64,000 nt of DNA from Paraspadella gotoi. Taxonomy: Eukaryota > Animalia > Chaetognatha. The stretch is from the NCBI GenBank assembly GCA_051294375.1, contig CM119266.1, positions 19,665,657 to 19,729,656 of the forward strand, given 5' to 3'. This document shows, in pieces, positions 15,116-29,397 of the stretch. The notes beneath the pieces are model-generated. The model saw only the letters and a list, made by a program, of their open reading frames with translations. It was not told the origin of the DNA and searched no databases. How positions within the stretch are numbered: position 1 is the stretch's first letter; each line of letters begins with the position of its first letter. The position numbers and the translations under genes were made by a program.

Positions 15116-15972
15116 ATCTCTCTCTTAGAAGAAATTGAACTTGACGACCCTCAGACGTACAAATCTCCAAATACATTTTGTTACCAAGAGGATAGAATAT
15201 CTAATCATTGTTATCTTAAATTTTACTGTTTTGATTGTCCTAACCACACTAATTTTTAAATAGTGTTCTACAACTATTTCCGTTGTATTGTTTAGTATCT
15301 TAAATGTTGAACAGTTATCTGTTGTTATGCGTAACGATATTAATATCTGAGCCAAAAGGCTACATAGGCCGCAATAGGCGTGCCCAAGGCCGTATTCGTT
15401 TATATTCATTCATTCATTCATTCATTCTCTCTCAAAATTGACCGATGTTTTTGCTGGGAGGTGAAGCGAAGCGACATGAGGATAAAGATAGAAAAAGAAA
15501 ATAAAATGAACGTGGGAAAATTTAAGACGCGATTTATTCATTCATGTTTATTCCAGACACAAGAAAGAAAGAGGCTGACTAGGAGGAATTGTCTATCGAA
15601 AATCATAAAGGCTTCATTGAAAAGGCGACAGAGGGGGCGTCGGCCGCTCGGCCATGGAGGCGATAGAGGACGAGCCACAATGGGTTCAGATCTTTTCTTT
15701 CTTGGTTTCTAAAAAAGAGTTAAGACTCTCACCCACGATCAACTTCTCACCCCAGACCGAGACTCGCCTCGACTCGGTCTCGCCCTTAATTGCCACGAAG
15801 CGTCTCTCTCTCCCCCCCTCCGCCCCCTCCTTCGCTTCCGGTGAATCGCTGCCCTTTTCCCGCGTAGATTGCGCCACCTACGACCTTGTAAAACTTCCCC
15901 CTTCGCTTTCCCTCTTACGTAGTCGTCGATATCGTCGTCGTCGTTGTTGTCGTCGACGTCATTATCAGCATC

Positions 15973-16004
<32 letters not shown>

Positions 16005-16075
16005 CCCTGTAGAGAGACGGTGACGCCCACCTCCATTCCAAACTCCAATCTCGTACCTGTTGGAATTCCATTTCC

Positions 16076-16159
<84 letters not shown>

Positions 16160-16455
16160 TTTCTTTTCCTCCGCCCTTCATACATACCATAACTTTTCTT
16201 TGTGATTTCTATAATTTTTGTTAACCTTACAATTTGTCTTTTCATTATTCATTATCATCTTCGACTTATTTCATTGTTCACCTTCCGTTTAATTCTTTAC
16301 TTCTTTACATCGAATATCATTTTCATCCATTTACTTATTTCTAATTCCACTTGGCTTCAACTCATTCCCCCAGACCTAAAAAGATCCCATTCCCGCGGGT
16401 CGCCATTACAAGGAGGATCGCATGAATAAGGCTCAATCCGAAGTGACCTTGGGGG

Positions 16456-16495
<40 letters not shown>

Positions 16496-17186
16496 TGTCG
16501 CCGCTTCGTCCCATCATTCGTTTCTAGTCAACAAGAAATACGAATTTCAGATTCGACCTCGAAAAAACCCAACATTCAAATCGGGCAACAAATTACTCTT
16601 TTTATTATTTCCCCTTTCAAATTAAACCACGAGAGGTTTAAATAATATTCTCCAATTTAAAAAAAAAATAACAACGCGCATACCATTTGATACTTTCTAC
16701 CGTAATCTACGGTCTTTATAACAGAACTAAAATAAAACTTTAATTGGATTATAATTTTTTTTTTATATTGGCTTGAATATTTCAAAAAAAACCTTAAAAT
16801 CTTTTTTAATTTTTATATTCTCTAAATGATAATTTACCAATATATACGCCTACCAGACATCTAACTTTCTACCTTAATAAGAAAGAATTTTTTTTTTCAG
16901 GGTTGAATGACTTTCTGAAGTAGAAATAAGGTTGACGCAATCAAAGCAAAAGACAATGATTTGAAATATCGAAAACCGAAAGAAAGAAAAAAAGAAAGAG
17001 AAGAGGATGATTGTGAGGGAGAGCGAGACAGAGATAGAGAAATAGAGAGAGAGACGGAAAAGAAAAAGAAGGGCAGGTGGAGGAAAAAGACAGTTAAAGG
17101 ACAGTGTAAGAGAGAGAGAGAGAATGAGAGAAAGAGATAGAAAGAAAGAGAGAGAAAGAGAGGAAGAGAGAGATAGAGAGAGAGAG

Positions 17187-17257
<71 letters not shown>

Positions 17258-17329
17258 ATTGAATCCCGTTTCTAAATCTGAGTTTACAATAAAGAGTTGA
17301 TGAGACGGAAACGAATTAAATCAATTTGA

Positions 17330-17366
<37 letters not shown>

Positions 17367-17898
17367 TTTCCTTCCTTTTCTTCTCTTTATAATATGAAAT
17401 ATAAAAATTATCTACATATTTTGTTCTTTTTTCTTCATTTAATTTTAACTTTAACTTCTTCGCATAAGATATTTCTTTCTCCCTTTTTCTGCTCCTCTAT
17501 TTTCAATTAATTGAAAACGAGGGGACAAGCGCCTACTTTTGCTCTCAATCTTACTTACGTTAAGACAATCTTTAAATATTCGCTTTTTCATGGTTAATTT
17601 TACGAGAAAAATCTTATAATGTAACAAATTTTCATATTGTTAATTTTTAATTTCTTTGTGGCCTTCCCGACCGTAACTCATGGCGATGTCGCCAACCAAC
17701 TAGAACCATCATATTCGCCACAATTCCTACAGAAAGTAGTCAAGTCATTAAGTTTGAAAGTTATAATAATTCATATTGTATAATATAATACCTTCAACTT
17801 TTCCTCCTTATAAATGAAAAAATATTGTGAAATTAATCATGACTGATCATCTGACGAGATGAATTATCGCGGGTAGATCCGACATGGTTTATTCAAAC

Positions 17899-17943
<45 letters not shown>

Positions 17944-18319
17944 CCTGAACGACCTTCAGAAGAGAGTAAGTTTTAGTCGGTCTTTTTATAGCTTCTCATT
18001 CCGTTTATCTCCTAATTTCAATTAGACTCTAGATTTAAAAGGATGCGATTCGACGAAAATTAATCTGGACGGATGTTTATTTGCTTTTGCCCCGGATGTT
18101 GATTTGCTTTTGACCCGGATGACGCCCTCTTGGTCATGCTGAACAACAGGACCATCGGGTCGTACCCTATCACTACCCATCGAACCATGGAAAACTGACT
18201 CACCTAGAAAATCACCCAAACACTTAGGGCGCGATTCACTAACACTCGGGACTTTCGTGTCATCTTACTATCACCGTTTTCGCTTGGAAAACTCTTCGTC
18301 TTTTAAAAAAAAAGGCAGA

Positions 18320-18460
18320 ATTAGGTGCAACCAATATAAAATTATCCGTACCTTTAAAAAATAAGCTATCTTGCCCCTTACGTTGTGCTGGCTATGGTGG
18401 TTTAAGTCTTCCATCACTCTTACAAGATAATTGCATAGCAAGTCTCTGAAAGCTTTTAAT
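18320..18460. repeat. Dispersed repeat family A, inverted diverged partial copy
   Basis: CAACCAATATAAAATTATCC...AAGCTATCTTGCCCC...CCATCACTCTTACAAGATAA. Confidence 0.7.
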
Positions 18461-18633
18461 TAATACTTTCTCGCAGTCTCGTTATATTTTTTTTAAACAA
18501 GTTTTTATATATATCGCTTTAATTTCTTTATTCCAGTATCATTTTTAATATTTTTCTCTTTTCTCTTACTCCCCTTTCATTTTTTCTCCTATTTCCCGTC
18601 TGGTTCCGTTTCTCCTTTACGTTCTTTATTTCC

Positions 18634-18677
<44 letters not shown>

Positions 18678-19803
18678 AAGAAAAGAAATGAAAAATCTTT
18701 TGTCATCCTTCGGCTTTGGTTGTCATGGAGACGGGTTGTCAAGATCTTGTGATTTGAATGGATGTCTCCACAGGTTATGATCACGTGATGGTCGGAATCG
18801 GAAATGCCCGTAATTTCTCTTTCAAAAAAAAAAAAAAATGGGAAAAGATTAGAGAAGAAAAAAGGAAAAAAAATATGGAGAAGAAACTAGATGTAAAGTG
18901 TTAGTCGAGAAAAGATAGGAGACCCCTATGTCTCTCTCCCTCTTTCTCTCTTTTTCTCTCTCTCTCTCTTTCTTCCTGTCTGCTTTTGAGGGAAGGGCCT
19001 CCAGATGTCTTTGAGTATGCTGCCCTATATGCCCTATATGCCCTATATGCCTCCCGTTCTGGTCAAAGATGCTCATCTTGACCAAAAAATTTTTCAACCT
19101 ACGATTTTTAAACTGATGGTGTCTGATATGGTTCTTTAAAATCAATTTTATTATCAAGTATTTTTGACAAACGCCTCACAAAAAAACAAATCTGTAAGAA
19201 ATTTTTAAGAAGGCATAATCTTTCCTTTAACAGACTACCACGTTTCTAGAGAGTTGCTTCACAAGTACTGCAGTACTTCATCTATAAATTTGCCGCGTTA
19301 AGATATAAAAGGGTTATATTTTAAAGTGTGACAACAAATTTAGGACCTTAATTTACTGGGTATGTGTATATGTATATATGTATTCAAAGCTTCAATGAAA
19401 TTTCGATAACTTTGATCTCTCTTCCTCAAATCCTTTCGACGCGGAAAGAAAATAGTTGAGTCTTTAGTGCCACACGACAGGACAAAATTGACACCAATGT
19501 GGCGTGAACACAAGACCGCATGCTGGGAAGAAAGAATTCTCACTCTTACGACACCAGGGCTGCGCCGATCGGCTCAGGCGGGTGGCGATAGTGAATGTGT
19601 TGCCACAAGTCCATGGAACTAGACCCGTAAAGAGGAATCGACCTTGATTTCTTGCGAAGCGGATATTTCGGACGAAGTCATCGTAAATGGAAATTCGCGG
19701 TAGACCGAAACTAAAAGAAACAATTTCCTTCTCTAAATGGGAAAGAGAAAGTGGTCTGGTAACGAGGAAAGAGAGAGAGTGGAGAGACAGAGAGAGAAAC
19801 AAC

Positions 19804-19842
<39 letters not shown>

Positions 19843-20107
19843 AATGTCCCATCAAGGTTTTCCGGTCCGTTTAACTAATTGCGAGTCTTGCTTTTCAGCT
19901 TTATCGCTATCACGTGACAAGGAGTGATTTCGTTTCAACAATTCTTTGAATCCAAGGTTTAGATTTATAAAGTTTTTTTTTTTTGGCGGGAAACAATCGA
20001 GAAATCAAACATTTAATTAATTAGAACAAACTAGATAGAAAAGATTTAATAAAAGAGAGAAAAGAAATGTAATAAGCTCTCAACCTCAAATTTTCTTTGT
20101 TTTCCAG

Positions 20108-23100
20108 ATGACTGCGCCACAGGTGGACACCAACTCCGCCGAGTATTTAGCGCAACTTCTCAAAGACAAGAAACAGATCGCCGTCTTCCCCAACGTCTTC
20201 ATACACATCGAGAGGCTCCTCGACGAAGAGATTGGCCGCGTCCGTTCAAAGATGGTGAGCCTTTTTTTTTTGTGTACGTCTAAGTCGGGCGTCTGATAGA
20301 ACTGATAAGGCGATGGCTTAAATTCATCACATTTTTCGTTGAGAGTTCTGTAATGAAAAATTTTTTTGTTGATTAAATATAGTAATATAACCTAACATCA
20401 CAGATGGAATCAGAACCGAAAATGAAAATTGGATCTGCGACTCGGGTAGAATCCGCCGGAATCCGGATTCCTCAACAGAGACTTAAATGCTAATGACATA
20501 TATTATAGTATAAGTATAGTATAGTATAGTATAATTTATACTCGAGTATTCGCGGATTAACTCAATAACTCACTTTTCGGTCTGTCTGTTGGTCTGTCTT
20601 ACTTAAGTTTAAAATTCTCACAACTCACAACTCTCAATACAGTTCATTCTTTGTTAGACCTTTAATGTGCAGTCACGTGATCGTGTCATTGATCCAGCGT
20701 CTTCTATAATTTAAGAGCTCTTTAAACTACAAATAGAATTTTTAACATTTTTATCTCTGGATCACACTTTAACATTATTAATATTACAGAAGTCTTAGTT
20801 TTTACCTTGATTCGCATTAATATTTAATATTTAACTTAATATTAATTCCTGCCCTCCCTTGCCCTTAGTTTTATTTGGACACACAAAAACGGCCTCTGGA
20901 ATTGCCCGAACCCATCGGGCCCAAGGTGATCCTCTCCGAAAAAGTCTTTGTCCCTGTCAAAGAGCATCCTGACTTCAACTTCGTTGGGCGCATCTTGGGT
21001 AAGTCAACATTTGTGGGTCATTCGGATGAGGTGACACAATGGGACAGTAAATTATTAGCATAAAATGGTAATGTTGGGTCATTTGCGGGTCATTCGGATG
21101 AGGTGACACAATGGGACAGTACATTGTACATCTCGTATCATTTTTGGGTCATTCGGATGAGGTGACACAATGGGACAGTAAATTGCGCATCTTGGTTAAT
21201 TTGTGGGTCATTCGGATTAGGTCATAGAATGGGACAGTCAATCATTAGCATTTAATGGTCGTGTTAATGGATGGGAAAAAAGCTAAAGCAAAGATGACGC
21301 GAGATACGCGAGATTCACGGTTATACCTATGTATTGTATACCTATTGTATAAGGTATAGTTGAATTTTGGCTAAATTTTACATTCGCCGAATAGGATTAG
21401 GAGGGGTTAAAGTTATGGATGGTTTAGGAGTTATTTAGGATTAAGAGTTGTTAGGGTAAAGGGGTTTACAGTTAGGATGAGGGTAATTAGGTAACAATTT
21501 TTAACAGTTTTTTTGAGCGATACAATTTTTTAAATATCATTATTCACGAGAAACGAAAAATCCTAATCGGCGGAGGTAAAATTTTCGCCCGATTTTCTTA
21601 TTACCTTTTAATCGTTTTAACGACTTCCTTCGTTCCCTTCATTCCCAACTCCAAATTTCCAAGGCCCTCGAGGAATGACGGCCAAGCAGCTCGAACAGGA
21701 CACGGGATGCAAGATCATGGTGCGCGGGAAGGGATCGATGAGGGACAAGAAGAAGGAGGATCAGAATCGGGGCAAACCCAACTGGGAGCACCTTAATGAG
21801 GAACTTCACGTCCTCATCACGGTGGAAGATACCCATAACCGGTGAGAGTGGGGAGGATGTGAACTGAAGAGGTGCGTTGGGGGGGGGTATCGAAGGAAGA
21901 GCGCCTCCTGCTGACAATGACACCCTTTTCTCGTCCCGCAGAGCCGAGTTGAAACTGCAACAGGCGGTCGAGGAGATTGAAAAGCTTTTGGTTCCGGCGC
22001 CCGAAGGTGAAGACGACCTCAAAAAGCGGCAGCTGATGGAGCTGGCGATCATCAACGGCACTTACCGCGACAACAGCGCCAAGACGGCCGCCGCTCTCAC
22101 CGCCGCCGCCGCCGCCACCTGCAACCCCAGAATCATCGCCTCTCCGATGACGCTACCTCAGGTCAGCGTTGCGTCATTGTCAATAAGACAAGTTTGAGCA
22201 AACAACGCCGGATCTGCCCGCGATCAATAGCGGTATTTAATTAATTTATTTAGATAGTTAATTAATTATTAACTAATCAGATACGGCATTGTTTGCTCAA
22301 ACATGTTTTTTTTTTTTTTTTTGTGCTTTTCTTGACTGACCACGTCAAAAGCAAAAGACGACGATGATGGCGACGACGACGATAACACCATCAACGATAT
22401 ATGGATTAATTGATTAACTGATTAATTAATTGATTAATTATTTAATTTATTATTTGATTAGTTAATTCAGCTTGCTTTTACATTTAATATATAAAAACCT
22501 AATCAATTAGTGAAACAAGGAAAACAGGTTTTTCGTTTTGTCATTAAAACTAATTTCCACTTGGACGATTCCATCGAAACTTAATATCCAGCTAAATCTC
22601 ACTCTTTCCTTCCCACAAAATTTTTTTAATTTTAATCCATCCATCCAATTTTTATCGATTACAATAATTTTGAGTAAAAAGATTCCAGTAAATGTAACAT
22701 TTTTTTGCCATTGGAACTCATTTTCACTCGTACGATTCAATCGAAACTTTATATCCAGCTCAATCACACACTTCCCTACCACACACAAAATTATATTCCA
22801 ATCCCTGCATCTAATCACGAATAATTGGAGTTTTTTGCTAAGGCGGACAGACAGACGGACGGACATCGATTTTTGCATAATTATCATAATTTGATTTTCT
22901 GACATGATTTAAGTGACTGACCGAGGTGGGACCGACGGATCGATAAAGTGAATTACAGAGCCGGAATCTGCTGTAAGCAGATCCGCCTAAAAACCTTAAA
23001 CTGTGATATTCCTGAACTGAAATCTTTATTAATAATGCCATCATTTTATTTGAAATTAAGAATGTAAAAAGCACGCATTAAGAATAAAAGAAATAGACTT

Positions 23101-23536
23101 TAGTCACATGATACTTTGTGATTAAAAAAAGGTGATGACAGACTTGAGATAATTTTTTTCTTCGCTGTTTAGGGACACCTCCGCTCACCGACTCCTGGTG
23201 GCGCCCCAATCGTGGTGTCGCCGCGACTCCAAGTCCCAACGTCGATGGGCATCATCGCCAACGGGCACGGCGCGCCCCCGCCGCTAATAGCGCCACACGA
23301 CGCCGCCGCCAACGCCGCCGCAGTCTCCGCCGCGGCCGCCGCCTCTGGTGAGTCACGTCTGTAAACTTTAAATCTACAAGTACTTTGACGCAGAACCTGA
23401 CTACATTGTTTCTCTCTTAGGATTATTGTATACCTCCCCCTACGAGTATCCAACCTACACGACGCTTACGTCTCCAATACTCGAGTATCCAACCGCCGTC
23501 GACATCAGCGGAGCGGGGACATTGTGGAAACGTTGA
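20108..23536 (+). CDS. qki: Quaking/How STAR-family KH RNA-binding protein; exons 20108-20254, 20869-20998, 21664-21841, 21942-22161, 23173-23347, 23421-23536
   Basis: Spliced translation gives QUA1 ([12 protein letters not shown]...[12 protein letters not shown]), KH ([43 protein letters not shown]), QUA2 ([23 protein letters not shown]) and a YEYP...LEYP tail ending GAGTLWKR*. All introns are GT-AG with matching phases (0,1,2,0,1). The ATG directly follows an acceptor (tttccag), so an upstream exon is likely. Confidence 0.96.
20988..21245. repeat. ~60-bp minisatellite at the start of qki intron 2
   Basis: GGGTCATTCGGATGAGGTGACACAATGGGACAGTA, 4 copies. Confidence 0.9.
22188..22460. repeat. 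Dispersed repeat family B
   Basis: ACAAGTTTGAGCAAACAA(C/T)G(C/T)CGGATCTGCCC...GACGA(T/C)...GATGGCGA shared with 36541-36860; fragments near 28387 and, inverted, near 41111. Confidence 0.7.
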
Positions 23537-26500
23537 TCGCACGACCTCTTCGACGAAGGGCGACTCGGATCAATTTTAAAATCATCTAAGCCTTCGGGGG
23601 GAGGGAATCAGCACCTCGTCCTGGTCACTTATCAAATAAAATTAAGAATTGGGCCATATGTAAATTTAAAAAAAAAACCCTTTTCTCTTGTCGTGTCCTC
23701 AGCGATTAAATTCACGACAATCTCCCTTCTTTTAATTAGCGAGATTTTGACATGAAAAAAAAACAACAAAAAACCCTTAAAAACTTTGGCATTTAAACCT
23801 TTAAATGGTCGAGCGAGTCTTCTCTGATCTTCACTCTCTCTCAATCGTCGTTTCTCCCTTTATTCCTCTGTTTCCTCTTCCGTCTTTCATCGAGAAAATA
23901 AACGTTTATTTTTCTGATTGTGATAAAGTCTGAAATCGATATTATATCATCGGGGGACCCTAAACCTCCGACGGGAGATCGTCAAGATCGAGCACCTCCT
24001 CGTAAGAATTTGAACACCAACGCAACCAGCCTCCTTTCCTTCCCGCTTTAAATAGCACACTCCCCCATTAGTGTTCGCCGACCCGTGTCCACAGGGCCGT
24101 GACCCACGCCACTCAAAAGTTAAAAAAAAATCACCCACGAAGAATCGTTTCCGGATTTGTTTTATACGTATATTTAATTTTTTTTTTAAATTGTAAATTA
24201 TCTTTTTAAGCACTAGAATATGATACTTTCTTGAATAACTGAAATATTTTTTTAAGATTTGTTATTGCTCCATTAGTTTTGCCCTCTCCATCCACGGTCA
24301 ACACACAACCCCACTGTTCGACCACGGTTCAAGGATTTAGGAATGAGCAGAACCCAACAATATCAAGCAATACTTTTCGTGTATATTTTAATGGCGGCAT
24401 TTAGCCATCCACAAAGTTTCGACCAATAACGAAACCTAGCTATATTTTTCTGAGCCACTTCTTTTTAAGTTTAGTCAAAAACATATGTTCTTCCCGAGTC
24501 GTGAACTTGATTTTTCCCAAAATTCAACGCGATTTCCATTTTACCAATTTGAAAATTCGGGATTTTTATCTCAAGAAAGATCGAGTTAGGTGGGGGTGAT
24601 CATAAGTAAAAAGCATAGTGAATAAGCATATTTTACCGCCTTAAACATTGGTCTAAACACAATATACTATAGCCACCTTTCCCAGCAGGATAAAACAACC
24701 CCAAGGCTATCACCAAGCACCTTCCAACCTATACCTTGATCCCTCAAATATTTTGTTTGAAAGTTTTGTTTTAAGATCCACCAAACCTTTTTTGGGTAAT
24801 TTCTGGATTACGAATAAAAACATATAAATCTACCGCAAAGTCACTGCATTTATTCCTTTATTATTGCTTCGTTATAACCTCTAGGCTTAATGATTAAGAT
24901 AAGACTGGTGACGATGTGATACGGACAAAAATGCATATCTGATGAATCTCAAAAAATTCGTTTTTGAGATATCTCCAACTTTCCTCCTCATAGTTGTTGT
25001 TTTTATTAGAAAACTTCTTGATGAACCATTTGTTAAAAGTTTTGGAGAAGAGTTTAGTACTAATAGGAGTATTGAATCATTAACACAAGTTTTCACTTTT
25101 TTTTTTTTTTTATTATTCTCATGTTTGATTATTCATTCCTCATTATATGCTAAATCCAGAAATAGTCGATTCTCGCTTTTTACACAGTTTTATCATTTCG
25201 TGTAATGTAATTACACAGTTTTCATCATTTTGTGTTTTGTGCTACAGGCCCGTGATTTTGCGCTCAAATGCTTTCTTGCCATTTATAGAAATTACGTTCT
25301 TTTTAATGGAGATAGTCCATTATTAGATTTTTCGTCAATTTTTATCAGAAAATTCTGTCAATTAAAATAAATTTACTGACATTTTTTCTGATTAAATCAT
25401 TGCACGGCAGAGATTCAATGGGAGATTAGAAACTTTTAACGGAATTTTACTAATTTCTTTTCTTTATTGCCATTTAAATTTCTTTGTTTCTGTGATGTTT
25501 TTGTTCTCTAGAAGTTCCATTCCTTTTAGTGATGTTTCTCTCGTGAAAAAGTAATATGTTTCGATAATATTGAAACCCAAATATCAATCACTTTTGCATC
25601 ATTGGACCTGACTAGAATATATTTTTTTTGACAGATATTAATTGAATGATTGTCATTATCAAATTAAAATCAGTTCAAAAGCCATGTTCCACTAAATTGT
25701 TAAATAAGATAGTAAAATTTTTGTTACAATATTAATTATCGAATTTGTTAGAACATTTTAGATTAAAAAAAAGTTTTGTATTCGCTGTCTTCCACCCGTG
25801 TATGAAATGATTTTTATTTTGATGAGAATAGGAATATATCATTGCAAATACACAAATTTGATAATCAAAATATATTCTCTTTATTAAACTTATTCAGCCT
25901 GGAAACCTGATGAATAAGCAGAGAGAGAAATATTGCAATTTCTTGCATGATGAAGTTCGTAATTTCATTAAAAATATGCATACAATTAATAAAAAAAACT
26001 TTTTCTCTCAGCATAGAGTCAACCAACTCATTTGCCTAAATAAAAATGACTATTAATTATCTCGAGACTAGGGTAGATCGCCTCTCTAAGCTAATAAAAA
26101 AGGCTGTTTCATATATTTTTTAAATTATGAGTTTTTCTAACAGTTAAGATATTTCTTAACTGCTAACTAAAATTTGGTTAGTTTACAATGTATGTACATT
26201 TTTAATGAAAATATAGATTTCATTATATGATATTTGGCTTCATGGTTCAAGAAAGTCAATAGGAGCAAGTCCAAGGGTAGGGGAGTTGTCCAAATGAAAA
26301 TCGCGTCAGTAACTTCAATTATTTCGGCTCTCCTTAGGCGTCCGTAAGGTACAGCGTCAGTGGTCAGTATATAGGAGGCTGCATTATTATAAGTATCTTA
26401 AATAATAACATCGGTTATTATGTGTATAAAGGAGAGAAAACGCTTTTTTTAAACATTATGGATACAAAACCTAAATGGTGAGCTTAAAAAAGCATAATTG

Positions 26501-26548
26501 TTCAAACCAAGTCTTGTAATTCGAGATGACTCATGGATAATTTCCTGG

Positions 26549-26727
26549 TGAAGAGACAGTAATAGTTGTTATGTTTTAGTGACAGAACCGTTCAATATAA
26601 GAGGTCCCTGAGCTTCGGATCAGGCTGTTACAGGCTAGAACCTCGGACTTTTGGGTTGGAAGGCGAATGACTGGCCTCCGGCACCAATGGCCGCAGATGA
26701 ACGGTTGGTGGATTTTAGTCCACCATA
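26549..26727 (-). mobile_element. Solo LTR of the same TRIM family, with a ~55-bp internal deletion
   Basis: TGAAGAGACAGTAATA...TTAGTCCACCATA matches the 43-kb LTRs; flanked by a 4-bp duplication CTGG (26545-26548 / 26728-26731). Confidence 0.88.
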
Positions 26728-28465
26728 CTGGAATCACACAAATAATTAAAAGTATAATTAAGCTATTATAATACAAATTATTATTTTTTAAGCTATTGAT
26801 TGAACCACAAATTAGCATGATAATTTGTTAATATAAAATATCAATATTACATCATTCAAGGCAATAGAATAAAACTTTATCAAAACTCAATCAGAACGCG
26901 ACAATATGCAAATGAGACTGATGAACTCAACGAAATGATTCACAAATTAATCTGCAACAGAGCGTCACAACCACGGAAAATTAAAACGGACTGGTTTTAT
27001 AATGTCATAGACAAAACGGAGCACGAGGCTTAAACGAAAGTTTCTTTGTTAAGCGGAGTAACGAAGAGCGGTTGACGAAAAGAATGAAGATGATAAATTA
27101 ACGGCAAAGGTAGCAAAAAATTAAAGATGGCGTGAAGAGAAAACAACATTTAAATTGACGCGAAATTAATAATTAATATAATTAATGGAAAAAATTACTT
27201 TTTAACTCAATTTTGACCTTCTTTCCTCGTAATCTCTTTTTTGTTGTATTGCGAGAAAACAAAGAGGTCGCTGTCGGTAAAGCGATTTCGCCTTTTAGTC
27301 AAAAGATCAATAAAGTTTGTTCAGATACTTTTTAAATTTAAAGTCGAGTAATCGAGCAAAGAAAATATTGATCGGTTTTAAAGTCGAATATGAGGTTGTA
27401 TGCTACGGTTGATGGAGTTATCTTGGGAAACGAGAGACATAGATCGGATATATATATTACTTATCTATCAATATATAAATATTTCAGATTAATTCTCGAG
27501 CCTGAATTTGAATATGATCTTGATCTTCCATGATTCAAACAAACACGCTAAAAATTTGCCAATGCAATAATTTGCTACTAATACTCATGAACTTTGCACT
27601 TTTATCAATAATATATAGCGAGTTATAGATGTTTAATTATTTTATGAATTATAGATAGGTATAAATTATAGATGTGCCTAATCCATTGGCTATGGGGCTT
27701 TTCACATTCCTTTAAATTATTTAAGTTATGATACGAATATATAACTAAGACCTAACCGTAATCTCATGATTTCTTTATATAATTAGGATCGATTCCTAAT
27801 TATCAAAGTGGGATCAACGTGGCCTTTGAACTTTCACAGTTGATATTGAGTAATTACGATTGGCCTTTTGTGCTGTTCATGCACATTTTTTTGTAGTTTG
27901 GAAAATAAGTTATTTTCTTAATTGGATGAGAATTAGCGGTATTTTAGTAGGAGCACTTATTTTTTAAAAGGTGAGGATATTATTAAATTCCTTAGTTCTT
28001 TATTTTGTTGCTGAGTTTCATACAATGGTTATAGGAATTAATTTTTTCGGTTGAAAGTAAAATTTGGCAGGTTATAGTCGTATTTTTATTTTTTCCCAGA
28101 CTTCTAAGAGTTACTGTTCGTCATGCTTTCTTTTGGGAATCCAGTTTCCTTGAAAAAAAAATCTGATTTCGATTGTTTCTCGTAAGACCGCGAATTAAAT
28201 CGACGTTTAAGGCGACAAACCTGTTTTTTAAATGATACAATTTTTTTTTAAGTTTGGAGCGAAATTCATTATTGTTGAGATATTTCTTTGCTCTTAATGG
28301 CGCCCTGTTTGAGCAGCTGTAGAGTCGTTATGTATAACTCAGATGCAGTTTTGACCTCATCGAAAAAATACTACTAACTTGCGATAACAACGTCGGATCT
28401 GCCCAGTAAATCATAAGCTGATAAGATAATGTGTATTGTGAATCCTATGAAAGTTGCAAAATTAT

Positions 28466-28760
28466 TTGTTTCACTATCTCTTTTTTTAGATTTAAAAATA
28501 ACTATCATTTATGAATTTATTTGTTTGTTAAAATATTTTTATTATATTATGAAATTGGTATATTATTATTATTATATATCTATTATATAATATTATTTAT
28601 TTGTTTGTTATGGTGACATGAGTATTGTCTTCTGGTGCATCTACACAACACAAGGTTAGATTACTTTCTGTTCCAGTTTTATAATAGATATCGTACATCA
28701 TTCCTGTAGGAAAATCATTATTGAGAAACTCATAATAATTATTAGTTATAAGGCCAAAAA
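28466..28760. repeat. Dispersed repeat family C (second copy ~52461-52745)
   Basis: Shared TTGTTTCACTATCT...TTGTCTTCTGG...ATAGATATCGTACATCATTCCTGT...GGAAAATCATTA. Confidence 0.7.
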
Positions 28761-29397
28761 ACTCATGGCATATTAAAAAAAAAGAATACGAGAAAGAAAG
28801 AGCTATATGTAATAAGGCGTAGTAAAATTCCTAAATTTAACTTTAATTAAAATTCTAAAAGTGAGGAACGAACAACATTATACTAATAAACATTTATGTA
28901 ATAAAAAAATTTATAATAGATTTTACAATTTATGCAGTAGGCCATATTTATACTAGTACTAAACCAATAAATATTAAAATTTCAAAACAATTTTTTTAAA
29001 GATTTTTTTGCAGATTTGGATTCGTCATAAAAAGTTGATAAAAAGAAATATAACTCTTTTTAAAAAATTCCTTCATTAAGTGGGTCAAAAATTAGAAAAA
29101 GCTGGAAATTAACTTTTTATATATTAAATATAGTTTTTTTAATTTTTAACCCACTTAATGAAAGAATTTTTAACAAATATTTTTACATATATTTTTAACA
29201 TATTTTTGATCTTAACTAATAAAATCTTCCAAATCGGTCGCGGGAAATACTTTTACAAAATGCTGCTAACAAAAAAATCCAAGCTGTAACTGCTTTCTCT
29301 CTCTACCTCACTCATTTAAATAACTATTAACTTACGGCGTATATATACGCCATATAAATTTTCAAATTGTGTCATAATATTTTTTATTTATTTTTAA

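Noticed and set aside
15739-16245. Minus-strand acidic ORF with plausible splice signals (CAG|GTACGA, CTACAG|G, TAC|GTAAGA)
   Set aside because: The acidic tract is just (GAC)n, and the spliced frame stops within about 15 codons.
19440-19710. GC-balanced island 400 bp upstream of qki as a coding fragment
   Set aside because: No recognisable protein motif in any frame. It could be a promoter or 5' UTR exon, but that cannot be supported from sequence alone.
24939-24975. CTGATGA followed by a 10-bp hairpin (CTGATGA also at ~26918 and 43273)
   Set aside because: None has a stem II closed by GAAA together with a stem III/NUH, so they are not hammerheads.
25058-25454. TACTAAT quaking-response elements in the presumptive qki 3' UTR
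   Set aside because: Two hits in ~2.5 kb of very AT-rich sequence is about chance expectation. Autoregulation is plausible but unsupported here.
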